IMG/VR virus record: IMGVR_UViG_3300044946_000035
Coordinates: 1-53,926 of that record
DNA: 53,926 nucleotides
Strand: one strand, 5' to 3'
From: a virus
Taxonomy: Duplodnaviria; Caudoviricetes
Position 1 is the first letter of the stretch. Each line of letters starts with the position of its first letter. Positions 53,622 through 53,926 of this stretch are shown in pieces. Made by a program: the position numbers and the translations under genes. The notes under the pieces are model-generated. The model saw nothing but the letters and a program-made list of their open reading frames with translations. It had not been told where the DNA came from and ran no database searches.

Positions 53622-53926
53622 CATTACGTTTGGTTTTTTTGTGCTCTCGCTTTCTCTGTCTGTCGTAGGAACGTCGCGTTTTCAAACCGAGATGCAAGAA
53701 CGGCAGCACACGGACGAAGGTCCGTACACGATAGCTGTGGAAGAAAAGATCGACAGCCGACACGCGAGAGTTCACACGATAGACACTAATGGGATTCCGA
53801 AAAGCGACTCATGGAAACTCGCCGTTTGTCCCAATGAGATGACTCCATCTTTTGATGCTGGGTGCTTGTACGAGATAGCTTACCAACTGACCAGCACTGA
53901 GTTGGGAATATGCGAATCATTTACAG
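53614..53926 (+). CDS. 5' part of a 116-aa exported/membrane-anchored protein that ends at position 165
   Basis: MNSITFGFFVLSLSLSVVG...; open across the circular junction; four Cys. Confidence 0.75.
   Translation, partial: MNSITFGFFVLSLSLSVVGTSRFQTEMQERQHTDEGPYTIAVEEKIDSRHARVHTIDTNGIPKSDSWKLAVCPNEMTPSFDAGCLYEIAYQLTSTELGICESFT
53800..53926. repeat. Terminal overlap identical to 1-127
   Basis: Exact sequence match. Confidence 0.95.

Noticed and set aside
53800-53926. 127-bp end repeat as a biological direct terminal repeat
   Set aside because: The length equals a common assembly k-mer and it falls inside a gene, so it is best explained as circularisation overlap
1-53926. Alternative genetic code or stop-codon reassignment
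   Set aside because: Long genes are intact in the standard code and TAA, TAG and TGA all end well-coupled genes; no tRNA was recognised

Overview
This window looks like a complete, circularly assembled genome of about 53.8 kb from a tailed dsDNA phage with a podovirus-like layout. Bases 1-127 repeat at 53800-53926, and one ORF reads cleanly across that junction. The host is probably an Acidobacterium; this is an inference from a TIGR03803/GloVer-type repeat protein and host-style secreted proteins. A leftward early/middle arm (about 3.8-19 kb) encodes a Redbeta-like annealase, a PD-(D/E)XK exonuclease, RusA, a PseT-like HAD phosphatase, an NDT-domain mosaic protein, a Tad2/DUF2829 protein and many small ORFs, plus one divergent AAA helicase next to an origin-like inverted repeat. 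A rightward late arm (about 19.5 kb through the junction to 3.8 kb) encodes a three-gene glycosyltransferase/methyltransferase cluster, TerL, portal, scaffold, major capsid, tail proteins, ejection proteins, fibres/spikes and lysis-like genes. I recognised no integrase, DNA polymerase, primase, tRNA or CRISPR array. The most striking observation is that all four large fibre/spike-like genes in the structural operon begin with apparent Sec signal peptides cleaving before Gln and are rich in Cys pairs and Ser/Thr, which suggests virion appendages that are exported and matured in the periplasm. Other highlights are a set of unannotated very basic micro-peptides, two Tad2-like genes, a CTG-start or -1 frameshift junction in the glycosyltransferase cluster, several structured intergenic RNA candidates and start-associated repeats. 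All family assignments come from motif recognition by eye; no database searches were run.
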